Part shown: positions 1-7,378 of the stretch, piece by piece
How positions within the stretch are numbered: the stretch's first letter is position 1
How the letters are laid out: each line of letters begins with the position of its first letter
The notes under the pieces: generated by a model
The model's database searches: none
Seen by the model: the letters and a program-made list of their open reading frames with translations, nothing else
Told to the model about the DNA's origin: nothing
Assembly: GCA_043801935.1 (NCBI GenBank)
Contig: JAZDLO010000130.1
Span: 12,051-44,050 of the forward strand
Direction: 5' to 3'
DNA from: a bacterium
GTDB lineage: Bacteria > Actinomycetota > Thermoleophilia > RBG-16-64-13
DNA length: 32,000 bases
Program-made: the position numbers and the translations under genes

Positions 1-224
1 AGGGCCAGTTCGGTCTCCTCGACCTGATAGCCCAGGGAGGTGGCTACGCCGGCAAGTTCCGCGGCTGTGACGGCCGGGGAATGGGACACCACCACGCGGC
101 CTGTCTGCACCGTCACCACCACATTGCTCACCCCGTCCAAAGCGGACAGCGCCTGCCGCACCTTGGCTTCGCAGGAGGCGCAGGACATGCCGTGAACGAC
201 GAGTGTCGTCTTAATTTGCTCCAT
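1..224 (-). CDS. Heavy-metal-associated (HMA) domain protein, 5' part only (CopZ-like chaperone or N-terminus of a P1B-type ATPase); continues beyond window start
   Basis: Reverse translation from the ATG at complement 222-224 reads MEQIKTTLVVHGMSCASCEAKVRQALSALDGVSNVVVTVQTGRVVVSHSPAVTAAELAGVATSLGYQVEETELA. This contains the GMxCxxC metal-binding loop typical of HMA domains. There are 74 codons with no stop before position 1. The ORF is absent from the ORF track because it is truncated. Confidence 0.75.
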   Translation of the reverse strand, partial: MEQIKTTLVVHGMSCASCEAKVRQALSALDGVSNVVVTVQTGRVVVSHSPAVTAAELAGVATSLGYQVEETELA

Positions 225-315
225 ATTGGTCCTTCGGGGCGGTGGTGATTGTCCGAGTCTATCCTTGTAGGGCGAAAGTATAGCGAATGAAGGGTCATGT
301 CCCTCTGTTCAGGTT

Positions 316-334
316 ACTACTACAAGTGGTAGTC
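316..334. promoter_or_regulatory. Candidate BlaI-family operator in the divergent HMA / blaI-like intergenic region
   Basis: TACTAC (318-323), then N5, then GTAGTC (329-334). The inner dyad is ACTAC-AAGTG-GTAGT. It lies between a possible -35 TTCAGG (308-313) and -10 TAGTCT (330-335). The 8-mer TACTACAA recurs at 1919-1926. Confidence 0.45.
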
Positions 335-374
335 TTAAAGGCGACTGGCAACGGATGTCAGGGAGGCACTATCG

Positions 375-782
375 GTGGGAATGCGGCGAGAACGCTTAGG
401 ACTCAGACAGCTCATGGGCGAGCTGGAAGAAGAGATCATGGAGTGCGTCTGGGAGCGCGCCCCCGTCTCGGTGAGAGAGGTGCATCGATGTCTTCTGGCC
501 AAGCGGGACATCGCCTACACCACTGTCATGACGGTGATGAGCCGCCTGGCCGAGAAGGGGCTTCTCGTGCGCCATCCGGAAGGGCGCGCGTTCATCTATT
601 CAGCCTGTGCGCCGCGCGACGAGTACTGCGCCGGCGTGGTCAAAGACTTCATGGATGGGATGCTGGTCGGGGCGAGCAAGCCGGTGCTGGCTCACTTCGT
701 AGAGAGCCTTGCGGCGGACGACGCCGCTCAACTTGACATGCTGGCGGAGATCATCGAGGAGAAACGACGGGCGCGGAAGTAG
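375..782 (+). CDS. blaI: BlaI/MecI/CopY-family winged-helix transcriptional repressor
   Basis: The translation has LGELEEEIMECVWERAPVSVREVHRCLLAKRDIAYTTVMTVMSRLAEKGLLV and a C-terminal LAHFVESLAADDAAQLDMLAEII. This resembles the actinobacterial BlaI pattern (DLAYTTVMTVLxRLxxKxLV) as I recall it. The start is GTG 375, 8 nt after GGGAGG (361-366). There is no C-terminal CxC..CxC motif, so it is not a metal-binding CopY. Confidence 0.85.
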   Translation: MGMRRERLGLRQLMGELEEEIMECVWERAPVSVREVHRCLLAKRDIAYTTVMTVMSRLAEKGLLVRHPEGRAFIYSACAPRDEYCAGVVKDFMDGMLVGASKPVLAHFVESLAADDAAQLDMLAEIIEEKRRARK

Positions 783-880
783 TCATAGCCATTCTGCTGG
801 GCGGCGTTTTCGCTCTTCTGCTGGCGGCACCAAGGCTGGTCCGCCGGTTTCTGGAGCCGGTCGCAGGAGCGAGGTCCCTT

Positions 881-1825
881 GTGTGGCTCCATCTCGGCTG
901 GCTACTGGCCACCGGGGTTGTGGTGGTTGCCTCGCTGGCCGTGCTGTCGATCCGACTGTTGCCTCACCCCGTCATGCAGGCCTTTGGGGTTCCGTGCACC
1001 GCCGGCGGCGGTTGTGCGACGCTGCTTCCATGGTGGGCCCAGTGGGGGCTTTGGTCGGTCTCGGTCGTCATTCTAGCGGGCTTGCTTGTTCGGGGGACCC
1101 ACTCCGCGGTGTCCGGGGCAAGAGCGATCATCAAGACGCGACGCGTAGCGCTGTCCGCCGGGCATGCGATCACCGAAGAGCCCTGGCGGACGGGCTTCCC
1201 GTCCGAGCGGCTTGTGGTGCTGGATGGACCCAGCACTTTCGCCTTCACCGCCGGCTTGTTCCGACCGGTGATAGTCCTGTCGTCAGGTCTGGTCCACAGT
1301 CTGGACCCACGGGAGCTCGAGGCGGTCGTGGCGCACGAGAGTGCGCACGTGGAAGGCCGCGACAACCTTATTCTGTTGACGGCCGCAACGATCGCCCGAT
1401 CTCTGTGGTTCCTGCCCGGTGTGGAGCTGGCCCATGGTCGCCTGCGCCGGGTGGTCGAGCTGGCAGCCGATAGCCACGCGCGCGGGAAGGTCGGGGACGG
1501 GCTTGTGGTGGCATCCAGCCTCCACCGGTTCGCCTCGCTCATGGTGAACCGATCCCCCGGCAATCCGAGAGGGGCGAATCCGGTCCTGGCGTGGTTCTCG
1601 GAAGACGGACTGATCGTCGAGCGGATCGGCCGGCTTCTCGACGAGTCTGACCGTGCAGTCTCGCGTTTCCGCATCCGCCTGGCGTTCGCAGTCCTGGCAG
1701 TCGTGCTCCTGGTCTTCGCCGTGGGCACTTACCGCGTATCAAGCGTGAACATCGACCCGGGGTCACACGCAACCGTGTGCGCGGGCTCGACGCACGCTCC
1801 CGGCGCTCTGCCTTCGCAGTCGTAG
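881..1825 (+). CDS. BlaR1-like M56-family membrane zinc metalloprotease without a penicillin-binding sensor domain; the true start is probably upstream (about 785-794)
   Basis: HEXXH motif (VAHESAHVEGRDN), several hydrophobic helices, and a position directly after the blaI-like gene. The same frame upstream of 881 reads VIAILLGGVFALLLAAPRLVRRFLEPVAGARSL, a plausible first TM helix with no ATG/GTG/TTG codon. Confidence 0.8.
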   Translation: MWLHLGWLLATGVVVVASLAVLSIRLLPHPVMQAFGVPCTAGGGCATLLPWWAQWGLWSVSVVILAGLLVRGTHSAVSGARAIIKTRRVALSAGHAITEEPWRTGFPSERLVVLDGPSTFAFTAGLFRPVIVLSSGLVHSLDPRELEAVVAHESAHVEGRDNLILLTAATIARSLWFLPGVELAHGRLRRVVELAADSHARGKVGDGLVVASSLHRFASLMVNRSPGNPRGANPVLAWFSEDGLIVERIGRLLDESDRAVSRFRIRLAFAVLAVVLLVFAVGTYRVSSVNIDPGSHATVCAGSTHAPGALPSQS

Positions 1826-1914
1826 TCGCGTACGAGGCACCGCCGGTTCGACTAGGCTCGCAGGCCCGCCTGGTCGCCATCGTTTCGCATCCCTTTTCAC
1901 ATCTACGGACTGGT

Positions 1915-1938
1915 GTAGTACTACAATCTTTAGTAGAA
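1915..1938. promoter_or_regulatory. Second candidate BlaI-family operator, upstream of the DUF2318-like/ABC operon
   Basis: Perfect 10-nt palindrome GTAGTACTAC (1915-1924), followed by AATCTTTA and GTAGAA (1933-1938). It shares TACTACAA with the site at 318-325 and overlaps a good -10 hexamer, TACAAT (1922-1927). Confidence 0.45.
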
Positions 1939-2013
1939 TGTGGGTGCCGTCGTCGGTGACCGAGTCCCGGCGCAGCGAAGGTTTCCAACAAATGGTATCC
2001 ATCGGGGGTCGAT

Positions 2014-2652
2014 ATGTCGCAGCGGAAGCGGCCGGCGAGACCGGCAGAACAGCGAAGCAAGCGTGAACGATTCGAAGAAGCCGGCAGGTTCCCGGTGATG
2101 AAGGTCGCAGCTGCCGGTGTCGTGGTGGTCGTGATCGCCGTAGCAGCGGTCGTGGGGATCATGCTCTACAACAATTCGACGGAAGCGGGCGGACCGGTGG
2201 TGTCGGCGGGAGGCGCCGACTACGCCAAGACTTCTTTGGAGATGTCTCCGCTCACGTCGGCTCAGACGACCGGAGCCGGAACGGTCACGCTGTCCCTCGC
2301 CGAGGTGACCAGTGCGAAGATAGGCGGTTTCGTCTACTCCCGGTCCGCGCCCATGCCTGCGGGCTTTGACTCCGTCGAAGGGAACGGCCTGCCGATTCTT
2401 GCGTATGTCGCGCCCAGCGGGCGGCTTGTCGTAGCAACCTCCATGTGTGAGCCCTGCCGCTCATACGATTTTCACATCGAGGGCGGCCAGCTCGTCTGCA
2501 ACTCTTGTTTCACGCGCTGGGATCTCAACACCCTTAAGGGAGTCAGTGGTGGCTGCCTCGACTTCCCGCCCGAGGAAGTGATCACGACCGTGCAGGGTGA
2601 TGTCATCGAGATCCAGCAATCGGAACTAGAGGCTTGGGCCCCGCGGATCTAG
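2014..2652 (+). CDS. Membrane-anchored Cys4 protein, DUF2318-like (predicted Fe-S/metal-binding accessory protein of FtsX-type ABC systems)
   Basis: N-terminal basic segment plus one TM helix (VAAAGVVVVVIAVAAVVGIML). The extracytoplasmic domain carries CEPC..(15 aa)..CNSC followed by GVSGGC. From memory this matches the CxxC...CxxC...GGC pattern of DUF2318. RBS GGGGG lies 5-6 nt before ATG 2014. Confidence 0.55.
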   Translation: MSQRKRPARPAEQRSKRERFEEAGRFPVMKVAAAGVVVVVIAVAAVVGIMLYNNSTEAGGPVVSAGGADYAKTSLEMSPLTSAQTTGAGTVTLSLAEVTSAKIGGFVYSRSAPMPAGFDSVEGNGLPILAYVAPSGRLVVATSMCEPCRSYDFHIEGGQLVCNSCFTRWDLNTLKGVSGGCLDFPPEEVITTVQGDVIEIQQSELEAWAPRI

Positions 2653-2709
2653 CGGCTTGACGAGCCGGAGACCATCGCCCTCGCCGGGGCGATCGTCGGC
2701 AAACAGCCA

Positions 2710-3867
2710 ATGCGCGTCTCGCGAATAGCGTTCAGAAACGTGCGTTGCCACCCGGCGCGCACGGCGCTATTGGTGGTCATGATCATGTGTGTGGTGGCCG
2801 TCGTCGCCACCCTCTTCCTGGTCACCCGGAGCGCAGACAGCGATTTGGCCAACAAGGTAGACGAGTACGGGGCGAATATCGCCATCGTGCCCCGATCCGA
2901 ACAGCTCCCCTTGGTCTACGGGGGGATACGCGTGGGTGGCCTCACGTACGATGTGAAGCCTCTGAGCATGGGTGAGGTGGCGCTGATCCGGACGATCACG
3001 AACAAGGAGAACATAAACCGGGTGGCCCCCAAACTGCTTCAGCTGACCGAGATCGACGGGACCCGTCTGATGGCGGTCGGCGTGGTGTGGGAGGAAGAGC
3101 TGGCTATCAAGAAGTGGTGGAGGATCGAGGGGTCGGCGCCCACCTCGCCGGAGGAGGTCCTGCTCGGGGCCAGGGCAGCGGAACGTCTGGACCTGAGAGC
3201 GGGGGCGAGCCTCGAACTGAAAGGCGAACGATTTCGCGTCTCAGGCGTTCTCGACCCCACCGGAGGCCAAGAGGATGACGTCGTTTTCATGGATCTCGCC
3301 GCGGCTCAGGGGCTCTGGGACCGAGCAGGCCAGGTGAGCTTCGTGGAGGTCTCCGCTTGGTGCAGTTCGTGTCCCATCGAGACCATAAGCGCGCAGATAG
3401 CGACCCTTCTACCGAATGCCCGGGTGTCCGCGCTGCGGAAGGCCATGGAGCCTCGGGAGCTGCTCGTCGGCCAGTTCAAGTTATTCAGCATCTTGCTTTC
3501 GGCCTTCATGGTGTTGGCGGGGAGCATGATCGTGCTCACGTCGACCCTAGGCCGCGTGCGCGAGCGCAAGAGCGAGATAGGTGTGTTCCGCGCGCTCGGC
3601 TATCGGCGGAAACACATCCTCGAGATCGTTCTCCTCGAGAATCTCATAGTGGCCGTCTTCGCGGCGGCCGTGGGGGTCGCGGTCGCATGGGCAGCTGCCG
3701 GGCCGGTCGCCCGGTCGGTCGCGGGGGTGGTCACCGCCACGGCCCCCGGCCCGCTGCTCCTCCTAGCCGCCGTCGCGGCGGCGGTGCTGATGGTCGTACT
3801 CGCCAGCCTCTATCCGGCCTGGCGGGCGTCCCGCCTGAGCCCTCTGCTGGCCCTTAGGCGTGTGTAG
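2710..3867 (+). CDS. ABC transporter permease, FtsX/MacB family (4 TM, large extracytoplasmic loop)
   Basis: N-terminal RIAFRNVRCHPARTALLVVMI, a long loop, three C-terminal TM helices, and the terminal LYPAWRASRLSPLLALRRV signature typical of FtsX-domain permeases. Confidence 0.85.
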   Translation: MRVSRIAFRNVRCHPARTALLVVMIMCVVAVVATLFLVTRSADSDLANKVDEYGANIAIVPRSEQLPLVYGGIRVGGLTYDVKPLSMGEVALIRTITNKENINRVAPKLLQLTEIDGTRLMAVGVVWEEELAIKKWWRIEGSAPTSPEEVLLGARAAERLDLRAGASLELKGERFRVSGVLDPTGGQEDDVVFMDLAAAQGLWDRAGQVSFVEVSAWCSSCPIETISAQIATLLPNARVSALRKAMEPRELLVGQFKLFSILLSAFMVLAGSMIVLTSTLGRVRERKSEIGVFRALGYRRKHILEIVLLENLIVAVFAAAVGVAVAWAAAGPVARSVAGVVTATAPGPLLLLAAVAAAVLMVVLASLYPAWRASRLSPLLALRRV

Positions 3868-3870
3868 CAA

Positions 3871-5040
3871 ATGAGCGGCGGGATGGGCTTGGGGACGATC
3901 GCGCGAGCCAACATCAGGCGGCACCCTGGCAGGGCCGCCCTCATGTTGGTGGGGATGGCGGTAGCAGTGGCGGCCTTCGTTACCGTGGTGTCGCTCGTGC
4001 TCTCGTTGCGGGCCACGCTGGACGATCGACTCGCACGGTATGGGGCCAGTCTGCTGGTCGTGCCCGCCAGCCCCGAACTCTCCTTGGATTACGGTGGCGT
4101 GAGCGTAGCCGACGCGGGCTCCGGGGAGGTCTCGTTTCTGGATGACAGCGGGGTAGCCACCATTCTGGGCCTTCCTTCGGCCGGACGGGCGGCGGAGGCC
4201 GTGCCCGTCCTCCTGCAGCCCGTGAACGTCGCTGGGGCGACGTACCTTGCGTTGGGGACCGACGTAGAGGCGAGTCTCCGGGTCAAACCCTGGTGGCGCA
4301 TCGAAGGAGCGCCGCCGCGGGGCCCGGACCAGGTACTCCTGGGTCTGGAGATACGGAACCGACTGGCTTCGGACCCAGGCGCGACGGTGATCATCGAAGG
4401 GCGCGGGTACACCGTGAGCGGCGTTCTCTGGGAGACCGGGGGGGAGGAGGACGGTGTCATCGTGATGGATCGGAAGGAGCTGGCTCGGTTGACGGGTCGA
4501 GGAGCCGATGTGAACCTGATCGAAGTGACCGCCGGCGACTCCGGCGCCGTGGAGCCGCTCAGCCGCGAGATCGCCCAAGCGCTTCCCGGTACGTCGGTGA
4601 TCTCGGTGAAGAAGAGCCTGGAATTCAACGCCCAGGCCAACGGGGCCTTGAGCAAGTTCGGGCTTGCCGCGACGGCTCTTATCATAGTCGTCTCCGCGCT
4701 CATCGTGAGTCTGACGACGTTGGCGGCGGTCAGAGAGCGCCAAAGGGAGATAGGGGTCTTCAGGGCGGTAGGTTACCGCCAGCGGGACATCTGGGCGCTC
4801 TTACTCATCGAGGCCCTTCTTCTGAGCATCGGGGCGGCACTCGCGGGAACCGGACTCGGCCTGGCCGGAGCGGCTCTTGGGCCCCGGCTGGTACAGGGCC
4901 TCACCCTTGACTTTACCCCGAACCTGCTCGTCATTGCCGGCGGCATCGGGTTGGCAGTGGTGCTTGCGGTCATGGCCACTCTGTACCCGGCCTCACGAGC
5001 CGCACGGCTCGATCCGGCTGCGGCGCTCAAGCGAGTCTAG
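3871..5040 (+). CDS. ABC transporter permease, FtsX/MacB family (second paralogue)
   Basis: Same architecture as the preceding gene: ARANIRRHPGRAALMLVGMAV at the N-terminus and LYPASRAARLDPAAALKRV at the end. It starts 3 nt after the upstream stop. Confidence 0.85.
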   Translation: MSGGMGLGTIARANIRRHPGRAALMLVGMAVAVAAFVTVVSLVLSLRATLDDRLARYGASLLVVPASPELSLDYGGVSVADAGSGEVSFLDDSGVATILGLPSAGRAAEAVPVLLQPVNVAGATYLALGTDVEASLRVKPWWRIEGAPPRGPDQVLLGLEIRNRLASDPGATVIIEGRGYTVSGVLWETGGEEDGVIVMDRKELARLTGRGADVNLIEVTAGDSGAVEPLSREIAQALPGTSVISVKKSLEFNAQANGALSKFGLAATALIIVVSALIVSLTTLAAVRERQREIGVFRAVGYRQRDIWALLLIEALLLSIGAALAGTGLGLAGAALGPRLVQGLTLDFTPNLLVIAGGIGLAVVLAVMATLYPASRAARLDPAAALKRV

Positions 5041-5057
5041 ATGGAGGGTCATAGCGA

Positions 5058-5729
5058 ATGCCGCTTCTAATAGCCGAGCAGATCAGCAGAGAGTATGGAG
5101 CCGACGGTGATGGCCGGGTGGTGGCGTTGAGTCCGGTGAGCTTAACCGTTTCGGAGGGCGAGTTCACGGCGATAATGGGTCCCTCCGGATCGGGCAAGTC
5201 GACACTCCTATCGATCCTGGGGGTGATGAATCCTCCGACTACGGGGCGCCTGGCCATAGATGGCATCGACGCGTACGAGCTCTCTCAGGAACGGCAAGCC
5301 GATCTGCGTCGCGAGTACATCGGTTTCGTTTTTCAACAACTGGAGCTGGTTCCCTACCTGACGGCGCTGGAGAACGTGATGCTCCCATTGGCCATCCTCA
5401 AGATGCCTGACAAACGGCAGCAGGCTCTCGCCGCGCTGGAACGCGTCGGTCTGGACAAGCAGAAGGGCGCCCGGTTGCCTGCGGAGCTATCCGGGGGAGA
5501 GCAGGGCCGGGTGGCCATTGCTCGGGCCGTGGTGAACAATCCCCCTTTGATCCTTGCTGACGAGCCGACCGGCAGTCTGGACACCGCCAGCGGGATGCAG
5601 GTCCTGGGGCTGCTACGCGAGCTGGCCGATGGGGGCCGGGCTGTGGTCATGGTCACCCATAACCCCGAGTCCGCTGCGATCGTCGACCGGATCATCGAGA
5701 TACGAGACGGGTGCTGCCTGCTCACTTAA
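5058..5729 (+). CDS. ABC transporter ATP-binding protein (MacB/LolD-type)
   Basis: Walker A GPSGSGKST, Q-loop FVFQQ, signature LSGGEQGRVAIARA, Walker B LILADEPTGSLD, H-loop VTHN. RBS GGAGGG (5043-5048). Confidence 0.92.
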   Translation: MPLLIAEQISREYGADGDGRVVALSPVSLTVSEGEFTAIMGPSGSGKSTLLSILGVMNPPTTGRLAIDGIDAYELSQERQADLRREYIGFVFQQLELVPYLTALENVMLPLAILKMPDKRQQALAALERVGLDKQKGARLPAELSGGEQGRVAIARAVVNNPPLILADEPTGSLDTASGMQVLGLLRELADGGRAVVMVTHNPESAAIVDRIIEIRDGCCLLT

Positions 5730-5746
5730 AGACAGACCCGTCCGAC

Positions 5747-5776
5747 TTGCCTGGGCTGCCTGCAAACCGTTATACT
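5747..5776 (+). promoter_or_regulatory. Putative sigma70-type promoter of modABC
   Basis: TTGCCT (5747-5752), 18-nt spacer, TATACT (5771-5776). It overlaps the inverted repeat CCGTT (5767-5771) / AACGG (5788-5792). Confidence 0.35.
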
Positions 5777-5799
5777 GCACGTCAGACAACGGACGAAGG

Positions 5800-6732
5800 A
5801 TGACATGCGTGCGCCCACGCCACCTCGGATCCCCCCTCGTACTGACAATGCTGCCGTTTGTAGACGGTATCTCCCCGGCCGCGACCCCGGGCGTTGAGTC
5901 TCACAAAGGGTCGGCTCGGACCCTGGTCGCGCCTCGGTCGCTTCTCGTACTCGCTGCGCTCGTCATCTTCGCTGCTATCTTCGTGCTCTCGTGCGGTGAC
6001 GCACAGACGACGGATCCGCAAACCTCCGTGGGGGCCAGGACCGGTGAGATCGTAGTGTCGGCCGCTGCCGATCTTTCCCCGGTCCTGGCGGAGCTCGCAC
6101 CGCTCTTCGAGAAGGAGAGCGGGCTCACCTTGAAGACGAATCTGGGTTCGACGGGCCAGCTGATGGAGCAGATCGCCGCCGGTGCCCGCGTAGACGTCTT
6201 CTTAGCCGCCAGCACGGCGGCGATCGACCAGCTTGGTGAGAAAGGTCTCCTGGTCCCCGGGTCCGATCAGACCTACGGGCGCGGTAGGCTGGTCATGTGG
6301 ATCCGGGAGGGAAGCTCGGTCAGCGTGCAGACCTTGCAGGATCTGACCGCCGCCGACGTTGCCCGCGTCTCGTTGGCGAATCCCGACCACGCGCCCTACG
6401 GCAGGGCGGCCCGAGAGGCACTTCAGTCCGCCGGGCTATGGGACGAGCTCCAGCCGAAGCTGGTCCCTGCGGAAAACGTACGTCAGGCCTTCCAATTCGC
6501 TGAGTCCGGCAACGCTGACGTGGGCCTCGTCGCCCTGTCCCTGGTCGTCTTCGCCGGCGGGAGCTACACGCTGGTCCCCGAAGAGCTCCATGCGCCCATC
6601 GACCAGGCGCTGGCCATCGTAGCCAGCAGCACTCATCAGAGCGAGGCGAAGCAGTTCATCGCTTTTCTCCACGGTGAGCGGGGACGCGAGATCCTGCTGA
6701 AATACGGGTTCGTGCTTCCGGACGAGGGCTAG
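5800..6732 (+). CDS. modA: Molybdate ABC transporter substrate-binding lipoprotein ModA (start uncertain; alternative ATG at 5848)
   Basis: Lipobox-like FVLSC after a hydrophobic stretch, then a ModA-like body (VSAAADLSPVL..LGSTGQLMEQIAAGARVDVFLAAS..ANPDHAPYGRAAREAL..). It is followed by modB and modC. The ORF-track start at 5554 overlaps the upstream ATPase gene and is rejected. Confidence 0.85.
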   Translation: MTCVRPRHLGSPLVLTMLPFVDGISPAATPGVESHKGSARTLVAPRSLLVLAALVIFAAIFVLSCGDAQTTDPQTSVGARTGEIVVSAAADLSPVLAELAPLFEKESGLTLKTNLGSTGQLMEQIAAGARVDVFLAASTAAIDQLGEKGLLVPGSDQTYGRGRLVMWIREGSSVSVQTLQDLTAADVARVSLANPDHAPYGRAAREALQSAGLWDELQPKLVPAENVRQAFQFAESGNADVGLVALSLVVFAGGSYTLVPEELHAPIDQALAIVASSTHQSEAKQFIAFLHGERGREILLKYGFVLPDEG

Positions 6733-6733
6733 C

Positions 6734-7378
6734 GTGGGCTGGCAGGCGTTCCTCATTTCGATGGAGGTGACGAGCGTCGCTACCGTGCTGGTCGTGCTTG
6801 TGGGAACCGCGGCCGGTCTGTGGATGGCGCGGGTTCGCTTTCCCGGGATGCAATTGGTCGAAGCCATATTCATGCTTCCTCTCGTCCTCCCACCGAGCGT
6901 CGTCGGCTACTATCTGCTCCGTTTTTTTGGCACCGGTGGGCCGGTCGAGGGACTGTTCGGGGTGAATCTGGTGTTTACCTGGATAGCAGCGGTGTTCGCG
7001 TCGGCTGTTGTGGCCCTTCCCCTGATGGTCCAGGCTGCTCGCACCGCGATCCGGGGGGTCGATCCGGTGCTCGAGAACGCCGCGCGCACCTTGGGCTCCT
7101 CAGAAGCGGCCGTGTTCTTTCGGGTGACTCTTCCGCTGGCTCGGCGCGGCCTCATTGCCGGCGCAGTTCTCTCCGCAGCCCGAGCTTTGGGGGAATTCGG
7201 AGCGACCCTCATGGTGGCGGGCAACATCCCAGGGCGGACCCAGACCCTGCCGTTGTTCGTGTACGATGCCGTCCAGAACCAGCAGTATGGCCTTGCCAAT
7301 CTCATCGTGGCTCTTCTCACCGGATTCGGCCTGGTCAGCTTCATCGTCATAGGGCGTCTCGACCCCGCGCATAGATGA
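6734..7378 (+). CDS. modB: Molybdate ABC transporter permease ModB
   Basis: Five or six TM helices and an EAA-like loop (ENAARTLGSSEAAVFFRVTLPLARRGL). GTG start 2 nt after the modA stop. Confidence 0.88.
   Translation: MGWQAFLISMEVTSVATVLVVLVGTAAGLWMARVRFPGMQLVEAIFMLPLVLPPSVVGYYLLRFFGTGGPVEGLFGVNLVFTWIAAVFASAVVALPLMVQAARTAIRGVDPVLENAARTLGSSEAAVFFRVTLPLARRGLIAGAVLSAARALGEFGATLMVAGNIPGRTQTLPLFVYDAVQNQQYGLANLIVALLTGFGLVSFIVIGRLDPAHR

Noticed and set aside
280-299. Shared strings ATAGCGAATG and AGGGTCAT at 280-299 and, in swapped order, at 5043-5060
   Set aside because: At 5043-5060 they form the RBS and start context of the ABC ATPase gene. At 280-299 they lie in the divergent intergenic region. 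There are only two copies with no consistent structure, so coincidence is likely.
287-736. ORF 287..736 (149 aa) overlapping the blaI-like gene
   Set aside because: It is an out-of-frame overlap with a gene showing strong BlaI-family similarity, and the product is Arg/Gly-rich with no motifs.
964-1728. Long antisense or alternative-frame ORFs throughout: 964..1728-, 3763..4743-, 9178..10497-, 11193..12200-, 12772..13875-, 15308..16756-, 19189..19956-, 22780..23676-, 25055..25927-, 26036..26728-, 30640..31548+ and others
   Set aside because: Each overlaps a gene with clear family motifs on the other strand or frame. Their translations are Arg/Pro/Gly/Ala-rich low-complexity sequence, as expected for shadow ORFs in GC-rich DNA.
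5554-5799. N-terminal extension of modA back to 5554
   Set aside because: It overlaps the last 176 nt of the ABC ATPase gene in another frame and precedes the lipoprotein signal by more than 100 residues.
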